Program-made: the position numbers and the translations under genes
From: Octopus vulgaris
Lineage: Eukaryota
Reading direction: 5' to 3'
DNA length: 64,000 bases
Assembly: GCA_951406725.2 (NCBI GenBank)
Contig: OX597814.1
Location: forward strand, 119,784,001 to 119,848,000
Part shown: positions 1-10,959 of the stretch, piece after piece
Layout of the letters: every line of letters begins with the position of its first letter
How positions within the stretch are numbered: the stretch's first letter is position 1
The notes under the pieces: model-generated
Seen by the model: the letters and a program-made list of their open reading frames with translations, nothing else
Databases searched by the model: none
What the model was told of the DNA's origin: nothing

Positions 1-483
1 AATGCCCAATATATAATATAAAAAGATGTATTTTAGTGAAAAAATCGGTGGATTTTTTCTCTTATGAGGTTTTTTCACGCTGACTACTTGATAAATTCTT
101 ATAAACATTTTATACTATTTTTAAATTGTAAATTAAATCGGAGTATATTCAGTACTTAATTTTAATTCAGAATAAGCACGTTGTTACCGAAATGCAATTC
201 GAAAACACCCGCCGTTTACATTTCTATATGCTACGTTTGATACGATGTTTGTTCGTTTGGTACGTTGATTTTGTTCATTCATTATACATTTTGAATTATG
301 CTTGCACTGATGCGTAAAGAGTGCACTACTGAACTGATTATGAAATCACGGGGATCTGCAGTTAAATTCTCTTTTAAATTACGGGCTTTGAGAGTTGCAT
401 TCGGTACGATGTGTTTATTTATCTAAGTAGTTTTGACATTCAGAGCCCCTCCTAGCACGTGGCATTTATGTGTAGTAATACCC

Positions 484-560
<77 letters not shown>

Positions 561-670
561 TTAAACGATATATGTGATATGTATATACGATATATATCGG
601 TATATATAGACACAGGATATATATATAAACACACACGATATATATACATATATATACAATATATATATAT

Positions 671-716
<46 letters not shown>

Positions 717-734
717 ATATATATATATAATATA

Positions 735-870
735 ATTCGAGACAAAACCACTACTTTGCAAAACAAACAAGGAAAGACTTAATCAATACATAAAAATTTT
801 TAATATAAAGAAATAAACCGCCACTACAATCGTTCCATGTCTTCAATGACATTCGTCAGGTGGACTTTCG
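735..870 (-). mobile_element. Short PLE pLTR-like fragment carrying a hammerhead-like motif
   Basis: Non-repetitive island between a (TA)n tract and the CR1 3' end. It contains the HHR-like motif at 821-863 on the minus strand. Confidence 0.5.
821..863 (-). ncRNA. Type I hammerhead ribozyme-like motif (one core mismatch)
   Basis: Minus strand reads CCAC-CTGACGA-ATGTC-attgaa-GACAT-GGAA-CGATTG-TA-GTGG. Stem I is CCAC/GTGG, the CUGANGA core is present, stem II is ATGTC/GACAT, GGAA replaces GAAA, and stem III is near-palindromic. Confidence 0.65.
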
Positions 871-874
871 ATCT

Positions 875-3181
875 CCTAATCTGCCGTGAGGTAGGTTCCT
901 CTGGGACTCTTGACAGGAAGATGTCCAGCTTTGATTTAAAAACCGCTACATCTACTTTGTGCAAGTTCCTCAGACTCTTTGGGAGAATATTAAAAAGCTG
1001 TGGGCCCTTGAAACCCAGGCTGTTGCAGAAGCTGGTCCTGAAGCATGATAGCATTGCTGGGATCTTTGGCACTATGCAGTGTCGTCCCGTTCTAGCATTG
1101 GTGTAGCTTACAATGCCAAAATTTGGCACATTTCATTCCAGGATATTCCAGACATATATTACTGCATACCTCTCCCGTCTTCTCTCCAGGGAGTAGAGTC
1201 TTAGCTGTTTCAACCTTTCACAGTAGCTGAGCTGTTGCAAAGAGATGATCTTCTTTGTTAATCTTCTCTGGATTGCTTCAAGGTCCGCTGTTAATTTTAC
1301 ACTGGTGGGTGACCATAGCTGTGAGAAGTAATCCAGGCGGCTGAGGACGAATGTCCGCCAGAGGACCATCATGGTTTCCTTATCTCTGGTTCTGAATGTT
1401 CTTAGGATCCACCCAGCCAGTCGTCTGCACTTTGTCGCTATCCTGGTAATGTACACTTGGAAAGAGGTATCATCACTCATGTCGATACCCAGGTCCCTCA
1501 CAGACTTAGGCCTGGGATTGAAATTCCCTGTAGACCGGTGTATCCTGTAAGTTTAATATTCAGTTTTGGATGCTAGTAGCGCAGGGCCTGTAATTTTTCA
1601 GCATTAAACTGCATATTATTATCCTCAGCCCATCTGTAGATTGAGTCCAACTCCTGCTACAGGTGTGCAACATCGCTGGGGTTCTGTATTTTCTGCGAGA
1701 CTTTCGTATCGCGTGCATAGCTGGCCGGAGTGGCTATCCGGGCATTTGAGGGCATATCTGAGAGGGCCACTATAAAAAGCAGTGGTCCCAAGGCAGTGCC
1801 CTGTGGAACACCGCTCACTATTTGTGTGTTCATAGAGGTGGCTCCATTAACCACTACTGCCTGACTCCTATCTTTCAGGAAGTCATGCAACCACACTCCA
1901 GGTTTTCCAACTATGCCGAGGTCACGCAGTTTGTGGCATATCATACCATGATCCACCTTGTCAAAAGCTTTTGCAAAATCAAGGTAGATTACGTCCACAT
2001 TTGATTTGTTGAGTAACTGCCTCAACACCCAGTCATAATGCTTTAAGAGCTAGCTCAGGCAGCTCCTACCTGGTCGAAAATCATGCTGGGTATCACTCAG
2101 CAAGTTATTTTCTTCAAGGAATGCGATTTTTTCCCTCTGACTATCCGTTCCATGACTTTGTGATGTGTGAAGTCAGAGACATAAGCCTATAGTTTTTGGC
2201 ATCTGCTCTACTTCCCCCTTTATGTATTGGGCATATTATTCCCTCCTTCAGCTTGCTTGGCAGTTTGCCATTCGCAAGAAAGCTCTGGAAGAGAATCTTG
2301 AGGGGTTTTGCCAGGGCATGCTTACACGCTTTGAGAAGGATGGCTGGGAAACCATCTGGACCAGCAGCTGAGTTTGTGTCCACTTCATCTATGGCTAGTA
2401 GGACATCTTTTTCGCTAATGTCAATACATTCTATTGGAACCGCCTCGCTGGTTATAGGTGAGGCAGCAAAGAAGTCCACTGGTTCGTTCACTTGTCTGTG
2501 TTCCAACGGGGTGGTAAAGACACTTTTGAACTGGTCATTCAGCATCTCACTGATCATAGTTGGACTGTCTGTGAGGGAGCCATCCTTTTGAAGGAGGGGT
2601 CATATCTTGTAGTGCACTGAGACTGTTCCTTTCGCGTAATGAAAAAAGGCCTTTGGGTTTGATTTAATGTTTTTTATAACCCAGGCTTCTTTGTCTGCTT
2701 TCTCCTTCACATAGGATTGTTGCAGCCATTTTTCGATCTCCATCAGTGTTGTTTTTAGGCGGGACGTTTCGCTACTTTTGGGATGTTGGTTGAGACGATT
2801 TGCAACCTTCGTCCGTCGTCTCATGAGGATCTTCCTGTCTCTTGGAATCTTGCTCCTATTTGTTTTGGCCTTGTGCTCTGGGACATATTTCTGGCATACG
2901 GCCTGCACAGAAGACATGAAACATTCTAGTTTCATGTCAATGTCTGGTGTGGAGAGACATTCCGGCCAGTCCTCTCCGAGTATCTCTTTTTGGATAGATT
3001 TCCAATCTGCTTTGTGGAAGTTCAGATTGGAGAGATTTCGGGTGCTTCCTTTAGGCTGTATGTCTCTGGTTACTTTCGGCCCAAACATAGACAGCTCTAT
3101 TATGTTGTGATCCGAAACTGATGTCAGTGTCACTTTCACATCATGAATGATGTCCATATTGTTCGTGAAGCAGAGATCCAG
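875..3181 (-). mobile_element. Decayed CR1/L2-group LINE ORF2 (end of APE domain, RT, C-terminus), frameshifted pseudogene
   Basis: Successive minus-strand ORF pieces give LDLCFTN..SDHNII (APE end), SAAGPDGFP..PIHKGG..KNYR, IYLDFAKAFDKVDH, SGVPQGTALGPLLF, YARDTK (YADD), DLGI, LYSLERRRERY and FKSKLDIFLSRVPEEP. Confidence 0.9.
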
Positions 3182-3278
3182 AGAAAAAAAAAGTCTTTCC
3201 TGTCCACGAGGGAGTCGAATCTACATAATTTTGTTAACGCGACTAAGTGTTTTACTTTTACACCAGTGAATCAGCATA

Positions 3279-3335
<57 letters not shown>

Positions 3336-3457
3336 GATATATATATATGTATATAAATATATATACATATACGATATATACATATGTATATATATATATA
3401 TACGATACATATATATGTATATATATATATATACATATACGCTATATACATATGTAT

Positions 3458-3823
3458 ATTTAGTATTTCTTATTTTGATAATCAGTGAATAGACTTCACT
3501 GAATTATAGATATATACAATACGAAGTCGAGACAAATATCGCCAGCTGACCAGTGTCTGCTACTCTAGGTCGATGAAGGACAATTATCCTGAAACACGTA
3601 TCCCTAGATGCAGCTCCGGCGGCCGGGGGTGTTTGTCTCTCCTTCGTAAATGTATATAAGGACACAGAGAAAAAATGTGTCAAAGTCATCAGGAGGCGTC
3701 TAGGGATATACAGCGGTGGTGTACCCCACTACTATCACGTTCGTGTTAGATTGACAGTATACAACCATTCTATCGCCCCACCACCGTACATGTCTCTACG
3801 AGAGATTTAGAAATTTAGTATTT

Positions 3824-3828
<5 letters not shown>
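3458..3828 (+). mobile_element. 355-nt hammerhead-containing unit with 16-bp terminal direct repeat (retrozyme-like / PLE-derived)
   Basis: ATTTAGTATTTCTTAT occurs at 3458-3473 and 3813-3828. The unit has an HHR-like motif at 3557-3613 and several internal stems, and both flanks are (TA)n. Confidence 0.5.
3557..3613 (+). ncRNA. Type I hammerhead ribozyme-like motif (variant or decayed core)
   Basis: CTGC..TCTAGG-TCGATGA-AGGA-caatta-TCCT-GAAA-CACGTA-TC-CCTAGA-TGCAG. Stems I and II pair. The core reads UCGAUGA rather than CUGAUGA, and stem III is one change from the palindrome TACGTA. Confidence 0.55.
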
Positions 3829-3879
<51 letters not shown>

Positions 3880-3949
3880 CGATATATATATATGTATGTA
3901 TATATATATACATATACGATATATACATATGTATATATATATATACACC

Positions 3950-4201
3950 AAAACATTACACCAAAACACATTAAAACAGAAACTGACCCTATAGGGTTCA
4001 AGAAGTCTTTGGACAGATTCCTTCAAGAAATCCCGGATAAACCCCCTACACCCGGATATGTCTCTGTAAACAATAACTCTCTACTTGAGTGGGCCATAGT
4101 GCCCAAATTCTGACTTGAAAGACTTCACCAGGTGGTGCTATTAAGTTAGACATGGCCTGGGCCAATAATGGCCGAAACCTATCAAAGTATAAAGTAAAGT
4201 A
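3950..4201 (+). mobile_element. 3'-terminal fragment of a CR1-group LINE, inserted in (TA)n
   Basis: Encodes NITPKHIKTETDPIGFKKSLDRFLQEIPDKPPTPGY (CR1-type C-terminal FK..LD.FL..IPD.P), followed by a short 3'UTR and an (AAAGTA)-like tail. Near-identical to 5825-6187. Confidence 0.75.
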
Positions 4202-4221
4202 TATACACGTACGGTATATAC

Positions 4222-4262
<41 letters not shown>

Positions 4263-4946
4263 CGATATATACATATGTATATATATACATATACGATATA
4301 TACATATGTATATATATATACATATACGATATATACATATGTATATATATATATACATATACGATATATACATATGTATATATATATATATACATATACG
4401 ATATATACATATGTATGTATATATATATACACATATACGATATATACATATGTATATATATATATACATATACGATATATAAATATGTATATATATATAC
4501 ATATACGAAATATATATATATAAATATACGATATATATATATATATACATATACGATATATACATATGTATATATATATATATACATATACGATATATAT
4601 ATATGTATATATATATATACATATACCATATATATATCTATGTATATATATATATATACATATACGATATATACATATGTATATATATATATACATATAC
4701 GATATATATATATGTATATATATATATACATATACCATATATATATATATCTATGTATATATATATATATACATATACGATATATATATATATATATACA
4801 TACACATATACGATATATATATATATATGTAAATATATATATATACTTATACGATATATATATGTATATATATATATATATACGATATATGTATATATAT
4901 ATATATACGATATATATATGTATATATATATATATACGATATATGT

Positions 4947-4992
<46 letters not shown>
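4201..4992. repeat. Complex (TA)n-based microsatellite/minisatellite with recurring CATATACGA motif
   Basis: Direct reading. Similar tracts occur at 480-735, 3277-3457, 5420-5825, 6190-6690, 9575-9960, 11385-11815, 12600-13088, 26135-26660 and 62935-63730. Confidence 0.95.
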
Positions 4993-4995
<3 letters not shown>

Positions 4996-5414
4996 GTGAA
5001 ATAGAAAGATGAATAATCTTGTAGTAGATTAATCAAAAGTTTAACCGATACCTTAGTAGCAAAAATCACAGCAGTAAACAGCACGGTTGGAGGTACAACC
5101 ATATGGTGTTGCAACCGTGCGTTGGTGCGGATAATTGAAATTAAAACATTATTGGTGAATTGAAGAAATGGAGCTGAACGCAGATTGAACAGAAATCGTT
5201 TTATTTCATTCTACACGTGTTTCGAAAGGCACAAATTGCCAAAATCCGATTGAATAATGGGACCATACTGTGTCTTTCTCTTCAGGAAGAGAAAGACACA
5301 ATATAGTCCCACTATTCAATCGGATTTTGGTAATTTGTGCCTTTCGAAACACGTGTAGAATGAAATAAAACGATTTCTGTTCAATCTGCGTTCAGCTCCA
5401 TTTCTTCAATTCAC

Positions 5415-5421
<7 letters not shown>
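4993..5421 (-). mobile_element. PLE pLTR-like sequence with fold-back inversion (136-bp arms) and hammerhead motif
   Basis: 5148-5283 is the reverse complement of 5286-5421, with about 4 mismatches and a 2-nt loop. The minus strand carries TTC-CTGAAGA-GAAAGACACA...TGTGCCTTTC-GAAA-CACGTG-TA-GAA. Confidence 0.65.
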
Positions 5422-5460
<39 letters not shown>

Positions 5461-5555
5461 ATATGTATATATATATATATATATATACGATATATGTATA
5501 TATATATAGGATATATATATATATGTAAAAAAAGATATATATTATATACATATAT

Positions 5556-5600
<45 letters not shown>

Positions 5601-5718
5601 ATATATATGATGTATATATATATACGATATATATATATATATATATATACGATATATATATATTTATACGATATATATATACATACGATATGTATATATA
5701 TATGATATATATATGTAT

Positions 5719-5753
<35 letters not shown>

Positions 5754-5754
5754 C

Positions 5755-5811
<57 letters not shown>

Positions 5812-5824
5812 ATATATATATATG

Positions 5825-6187
5825 TAAGGTAAATCCAAGGCTTGGACCCCGTGCCATCCGCCCAAAACAAAAATCGCACTCTCATCTCATAACAACAATA
5901 CGGCACAATTATTTCACCTCAATTGGCCCCGCTCTCTTTAACATTACGCCAAAACACATTAAAACAGAAACCGACCCTATAGGGTTCAAGAAGTCTTTGG
6001 ACAGATTCCTTCTAGAAATCCCGGATAAACCCCCTACACCCGGATATGTCTCTGTAAACAATAACTCTAATTGAGTGGGCCATAGTGCCCAAAATCTGAC
6101 TTGAAAGTCTTCACCAGGTGGTGCTATTAAGTTAGACATGGCCTGGGCCAATAATGGCCGAAACCTATCAAAGTATCAAAGTAAGTA
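5825..6187 (+). mobile_element. 3'-terminal fragment of a CR1-group LINE, second copy, inserted in (TA)n
   Basis: Encodes [49 protein letters not shown]. It has the same 3'UTR and tail as 3950-4201. Confidence 0.8.
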
Positions 6188-6358
6188 TGTACACGATATA
6201 TATATATATATATACATTTGTATATGATATTCATATATATATATATATGTATACGATATATATATATACATATCTATATATATGTATACAATATATATAT
6301 ATGTATACATGATATATATATATATATATATAGATATATAGATGCTTAGCTATACGTT

Positions 6359-6397
<39 letters not shown>

Positions 6398-6619
6398 TAT
6401 ATAGATGCTTAGCTATACGTTAGATATATATATATATATATATACATAAGTATACGTTATATATATATATATATATACATACCTACAACTTATATGTAAA
6501 TATATATATATACCTAAACGTTATATGAATATATATTTTATATATACATATACGTTATATGAATATATATATATATCTATACGTTATATGAATATATATA
6601 TATATATCTATACGTTATA

Positions 6620-6656
<37 letters not shown>

Positions 6657-6771
6657 ATACGTTATATGTATATATATATACATATGTATAAGGGTGAAAA
6701 GGAACACACGAGTTGATATATATGAAAAAACAAGTAAAAAATAGAAAATGCTAAAATAATTTTATAGTGAA

Positions 6772-6819
6772 CATTTCAGTACCGGTTTCGGTCATTTTGA
6801 GACCTTTTCAACTGTAACG
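6772..6819 (-). ncRNA. Type I hammerhead ribozyme, U3-A8 core variant, in the 3' pLTR
   Basis: Minus strand reads CGTTACAG-TTGAAAA-GGTC-tcaaaat-GACC-GAAA-CCGG-TA-CTGAAATG. It is in the element's sense orientation. Confidence 0.8.
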
Positions 6820-7142
6820 ATTAAATAATTAAATTTAGAAAAATTAGAAGAAAAGTTTTTTTAAAAGAATATTTCTATAGTAGTGTTCAGATTTAAGTGG
6901 CATTCTGCCTTTCTCTGACTCCCTTGTTTGCACTTGTGTGTTCGAGGTAGTTGTGAGTTCTTGGTAGGGTAGTAGAGGGAAGGCTGGTGAGGAAAGGGGG
7001 TGGGAGAATCTGGGAGTGCCCTGATGGTCGTATTTTGAATGGTCAGTGGCGGCTGGCAGTCTCAGTTCAATTCAGGATTGTTTATAGAATTAGTGTAGGT
7101 GTTATACTAAAAAACATTAGTGACAAACTTAAGGGGTAGGGA

Positions 7143-7385
7143 GTGGAGAAGAAGAAGAAGAAGAAGAAGAAGAAGAAGAAGAAGAAGGAGAAGGAGAAGA
7201 TGATGGTGATGGTGGTGATGATTATGACGACGATGATGATGATAACGATGATGATGAAGAAGAAGAAGAAGAAGAAGAAGAAGGAGAAGGAGAAGATGGT
7301 GGTGATGATGGTGGTGATGATGATGACGCCGATGATGATGATAACGATGATGATGAAGAAGAAGAAGAAGAAAAAAACAGAGAAG
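7143..7385. repeat. Compound (GAA)n/(GAT)n trinucleotide repeat, internally duplicated, in the PLE 3'UTR
   Basis: Direct reading. The ~100-bp GAA-GAG-GAT block occurs twice. Confidence 0.9.
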
Positions 7386-7504
7386 GGAGAATATGAATGG
7401 GTGTAAATATAGCTATGAAGGGGCTGATTAGTAATGGATTCTATGGAGTGTAGTATTTGTGTGTGTATATATATTTTTTTCTTTTATTCTAAAGTTGAGG
7501 TATA

Positions 7505-9355
7505 TTAATTGTTTGTCGTAGACCCATTAAGAAGTGGCTTGTATTTTGTAATAAAGAGATTTTCTTTACTTATTCTTTGTCTCGAGGTTGTATCGTCCCT
7601 AAATTGGTAGAGGGGGAAAATTCTGAAGTTTGGTGTTTTTTTGTTGGCGCAAGTATCTATGTGTTGGCTAAAAGCTATTTTTCTGTTTTGGGGAATTTTT
7701 ATCTGGGATCTGTGCAGGGCCATTCGTTTACGCAAACCATTTTTTGTTTGGCCTATGTACTGCTCTTGACACCCGGAGCAGGTTAGTGAGTATATTAGGT
7801 TCTCCGAAGCACATGTGAAGTTGCTTTTCACTGTAAACCGTTGTCCCTGTTTGAAGGAGAACTCCGAACCCTCGATTAGATAGTCGCATATCCCGCAATT
7901 GGGTCTTCCACATTTTTTTACTGTCGGCTTCTGTGTTGAAGAGTGAATTCGGGCTTGTGTAAGGAGACTTTTCATGGATCTAGGCTGTCTTTTGCTTTTT
8001 ATGATCGTGTGTGTTTGGAGGATTGTGTTCATTCTGTGGTCTTTTTTTAGGAGGGGTATGTTGTGGAGGATGGTGTCGAAGGCTTCGTTATTGAGAGGGT
8101 TGTGTGTGGAGATGTATGGTAAGGCTTTTGGTTGTAAGTTTTTCTTTGATTTGGGATGTCTCAGTTCCTTGATGTTAAGTTGAAGGGCACGTTGAATGCA
8201 CTTGTCAATAAGTGAAGGTGGATAGTTCCTGGTGATTAGGGTATCTTTTAGTTCTTGTAGTCGTGTGTCTCTGGTGTTTGCGTTAGAGACTATAGTGCAT
8301 ATCCTTTTTGCTAGATTGAAGGGGATATTCATCCTGGTGTGTCTGGGGTGGCATGAATTGAATGGAAGATATTGCTTAGAGTCTGTAGGCTTATAGTATA
8401 TGTCTGTTTCTATTATATTATTAGCTTTCTTAATGAGGATATCGAGGAAGGGGAGTTGTTGTTGGCTATATTCCATCGTGAATTGGATGTTTACGTCCAG
8501 TCCGTTTAAAATTTTCTGGAATTCTATGAGTTTTTCTATATTTTTATGCCAAAGGATGAAACAGTCATCTAGATATCTCTTCCAGTTGTTTTCTATGTAG
8601 ATGGAGAAAGGGCTGCCATATCTTTCTAGAACCTTACGATACAGACTGATCTCTAGGTATCCTATGACTAGGTTGGCAAAGGAGGGGGCCATTCGTGTAC
8701 CCATCGCAGTCCCCGATTTTTGTCGGTAGAAGTTGTCATTGAAGGCGAAGAAGTTATTTTCCAGGATGAATTTAACCCCTTCTATCACAAATTCTTTTTT
8801 GATGCGGTGTGGTAGTTCGTTGGCGTGATTCTCTAGCCAGAATTGGATTGCCTCTAGTCCTAGGTTGTGGGGGATATTGGAGTAGAGGTTGACTACATCG
8901 AAGGATACCAGTATGGTGTTTTTGTTTATAGTATTCGGTAGGTGATTGAGCATATCTAAGTCGTCCCTTATATAGCTTTTGACATGTTTGAGGAGTGGTT
9001 TTAACAGGGTGTCTAAAAAGTTACTGAGGCGGTGGGTTTCGCATGCGGGACCTGCTATTATGGGTCTCAATTTGAGGTCATTAGGATTAGGGACTTTAAT
9101 TATTTTGTCTGTAGCTATCTTGCATGCGTTGCTTATTTTTTCACTTTTGTGGATCTTAGGTATACCGTAGAATTGGCTAGTTTTACTTGTGAAATTGGTC
9201 ATATAATCATATTCTTTGTCGGTGAGCCCTGCTTTGTATGGGTTTAATATGGATTTTAGTTCCCTCATTATTTTTTGTTGACTGTAGTTTTGTGCCTTTT
9301 CATAGTATGTTGTGTCTTCCAGCATAGAAAGTACCAAAGTTATGTAAAATAACAC
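7505..9355 (-). CDS. PLE reverse transcriptase + Cys linker + GIY-YIG endonuclease (N-terminally truncated; start codon comes from the inversion junction)
   Basis: RT motifs: FYGIPKIHK, LRPII, SFDVVNLY, QKSGTAMG, RYLDD, LPFLD, YYKPT. Cys-rich linker KCGRPNCGICD. GIY-YIG motif NLIYSLTCSGCQEQYIGQT..LRKRMALH..H..E. 616 codons uninterrupted. Confidence 0.93.
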   Translation of the reverse strand: MLFYITLVLSMLEDTTYYEKAQNYSQQKIMRELKSILNPYKAGLTDKEYDYMTNFTSKTSQFYGIPKIHKSEKISNACKIATDKIIKVPNPNDLKLRPIIAGPACETHRLSNFLDTLLKPLLKHVKSYIRDDLDMLNHLPNTINKNTILVSFDVVNLYSNIPHNLGLEAIQFWLENHANELPHRIKKEFVIEGVKFILENNFFAFNDNFYRQKSGTAMGTRMAPSFANLVIGYLEISLYRKVLERYGSPFSIYIENNWKRYLDDCFILWHKNIEKLIEFQKILNGLDVNIQFTMEYSQQQLPFLDILIKKANNIIETDIYYKPTDSKQYLPFNSCHPRHTRMNIPFNLAKRICTIVSNANTRDTRLQELKDTLITRNYPPSLIDKCIQRALQLNIKELRHPKSKKNLQPKALPYISTHNPLNNEAFDTILHNIPLLKKDHRMNTILQTHTIIKSKRQPRSMKSLLTQARIHSSTQKPTVKKCGRPNCGICDYLIEGSEFSFKQGQRFTVKSNFTCASENLIYSLTCSGCQEQYIGQTKNGLRKRMALHRSQIKIPQNRKIAFSQHIDTCANKKTPNFRIFPLYQFRDDTTSRQRISKENLFITKYKPLLNGSTTNN

Positions 9356-9473
9356 ACAAGTGCAAACAAGGGAGTCAGAGAAAGGCAGAATGCCACTTAA
9401 ATCTGAACACTACTATAGAAATATTCTTTTAAAAAAACTTTTCTTCTAATTTTTCTAAATTTAATTATTTAAT

Positions 9474-9521
9474 CGTTACAGTTGAAAAGGTCTCAAAATG
9501 ACCGAAACCGGTACTGAAATG
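9474..9521 (+). ncRNA. Type I hammerhead ribozyme, U3-A8 core variant, in the inverted pLTR copy
   Basis: Identical to 6772-6819 but on the opposite strand. Confidence 0.8.
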
Positions 9522-9857
9522 TTCACTATAAAATTATTTTAGCATTTTCTATTTTTTACTTGTTTTTTCATATATATACATATATATACATACCTATACG
9601 TTATATGTGTATATATACATACATACCTATATGTTATGTATATATATATATATATACATACATGCACGTTATATATACATACATATACCTTATATATATA
9701 AATATCTACACATACACGCACACATATATAATATATCTACACACACACATATATAATATATCTACACACACACACTCACATATATAATATATCTACATAC
9801 ACACACACATATAATATATCTACACACACACAATATATCTACACACGCACACACACA

Positions 9858-9912
<55 letters not shown>

Positions 9913-10959
9913 GATATATATATATAACATATCTACACACACACATCTATATACGATAAATATATTCATACATAAATGGTATATATAGGATATATAACAA
10001 TAATAGTAGGGAATATAATTCCAAAACAATTTTAAATCAAATTTCACAATAAATATGTATACAATTTAGAGAAAAACACTATGAAACATATCAATAAAGA
10101 AAGATATTATTCACACCATATAGAAAACATACTATAAAAGAACAGTAAGTAGTAAATATAAGTAAAATGTTTACGTAAGTTTCATGGCTATATTTTCAAT
10201 TTGATAATAATTATATCAATTCGATTCAAATTTAAATCTATTCAAAAATATAGTCACTCACCAGGCTTAAGATTACAGAATAAATGTACTTAAATTATAC
10301 TAATTATCAAATCAATATATAAAAAATACCTGTATTAACTTTAAACAATCAAAAATCATTTAACAATATTTCTTAAAATAAAAACATAACTTAACTTGTC
10401 GAAGGATTTTCGTTAACTAAAAATGTAAACGTAAAACGTTGAACTTGGAATTTATGAGAAATATATCGCCTGAAAATATGGCGTAAATAGAATACATTGA
10501 AGAAAGGGGTAGGAATATGTATGTAAGCTATTAAAATTACAAATGTACTTTAGCTGCAAGAATAAAGAAAAAGTTAACTTTAATATACTATTAACTGGAA
10601 ATATTTTAATGATCTAAATAATTTCAATACTAAATGCGTAAAATATATAATATAATACGCATAAATTAAGCTAAAATTCCATAATTTTACCTATTTTCAT
10701 TAATTAATTTATTTTATAAACATCTAATTTTCATTTTATTATAATTATGTAATATAGCCTATATAATCCCGTGCACATTTTACTAGTACAAACTATAACT
10801 ACAGCAATTAGTAACATGTAACAGGATTTATATATATATATATATACACAAATTATCTAAACTTATTATATAAGTAATCTAATTTATGAATATATAGCTA
10901 AATTAGTTAAACTTATATAAGTAATTTAAATTTTGAAAATATAGCCATAAACTTGGTGT

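Larger units (their letters stand above)
6690..9577 (-). mobile_element. Penelope-like element (Neptune-type), 5'-truncated, with inverted 5' pLTR copy
   Basis: Contains an RT+GIY-YIG ORF. 6716-6942 and 9351-9577 form a 227-bp inverted repeat with no mismatch that I could find. An extra ~25-bp tail is present only at the 3' end (6690-6715). The same CCTATACGTTATATG minisatellite lies on both flanks. Confidence 0.92.

Noticed and set aside
3655-3700. Minus-strand CTGATGA inside the retrozyme-like unit (possible second, antisense hammerhead)
   Set aside because: No stem II closing onto a GAAA at the right distance (GAAG found), so an ambisense ribozyme is not supported.
7143-7406. 87-aa poly-Lys/poly-Met ORF
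   Set aside because: Trinucleotide repeat antisense to the PLE 3'UTR.
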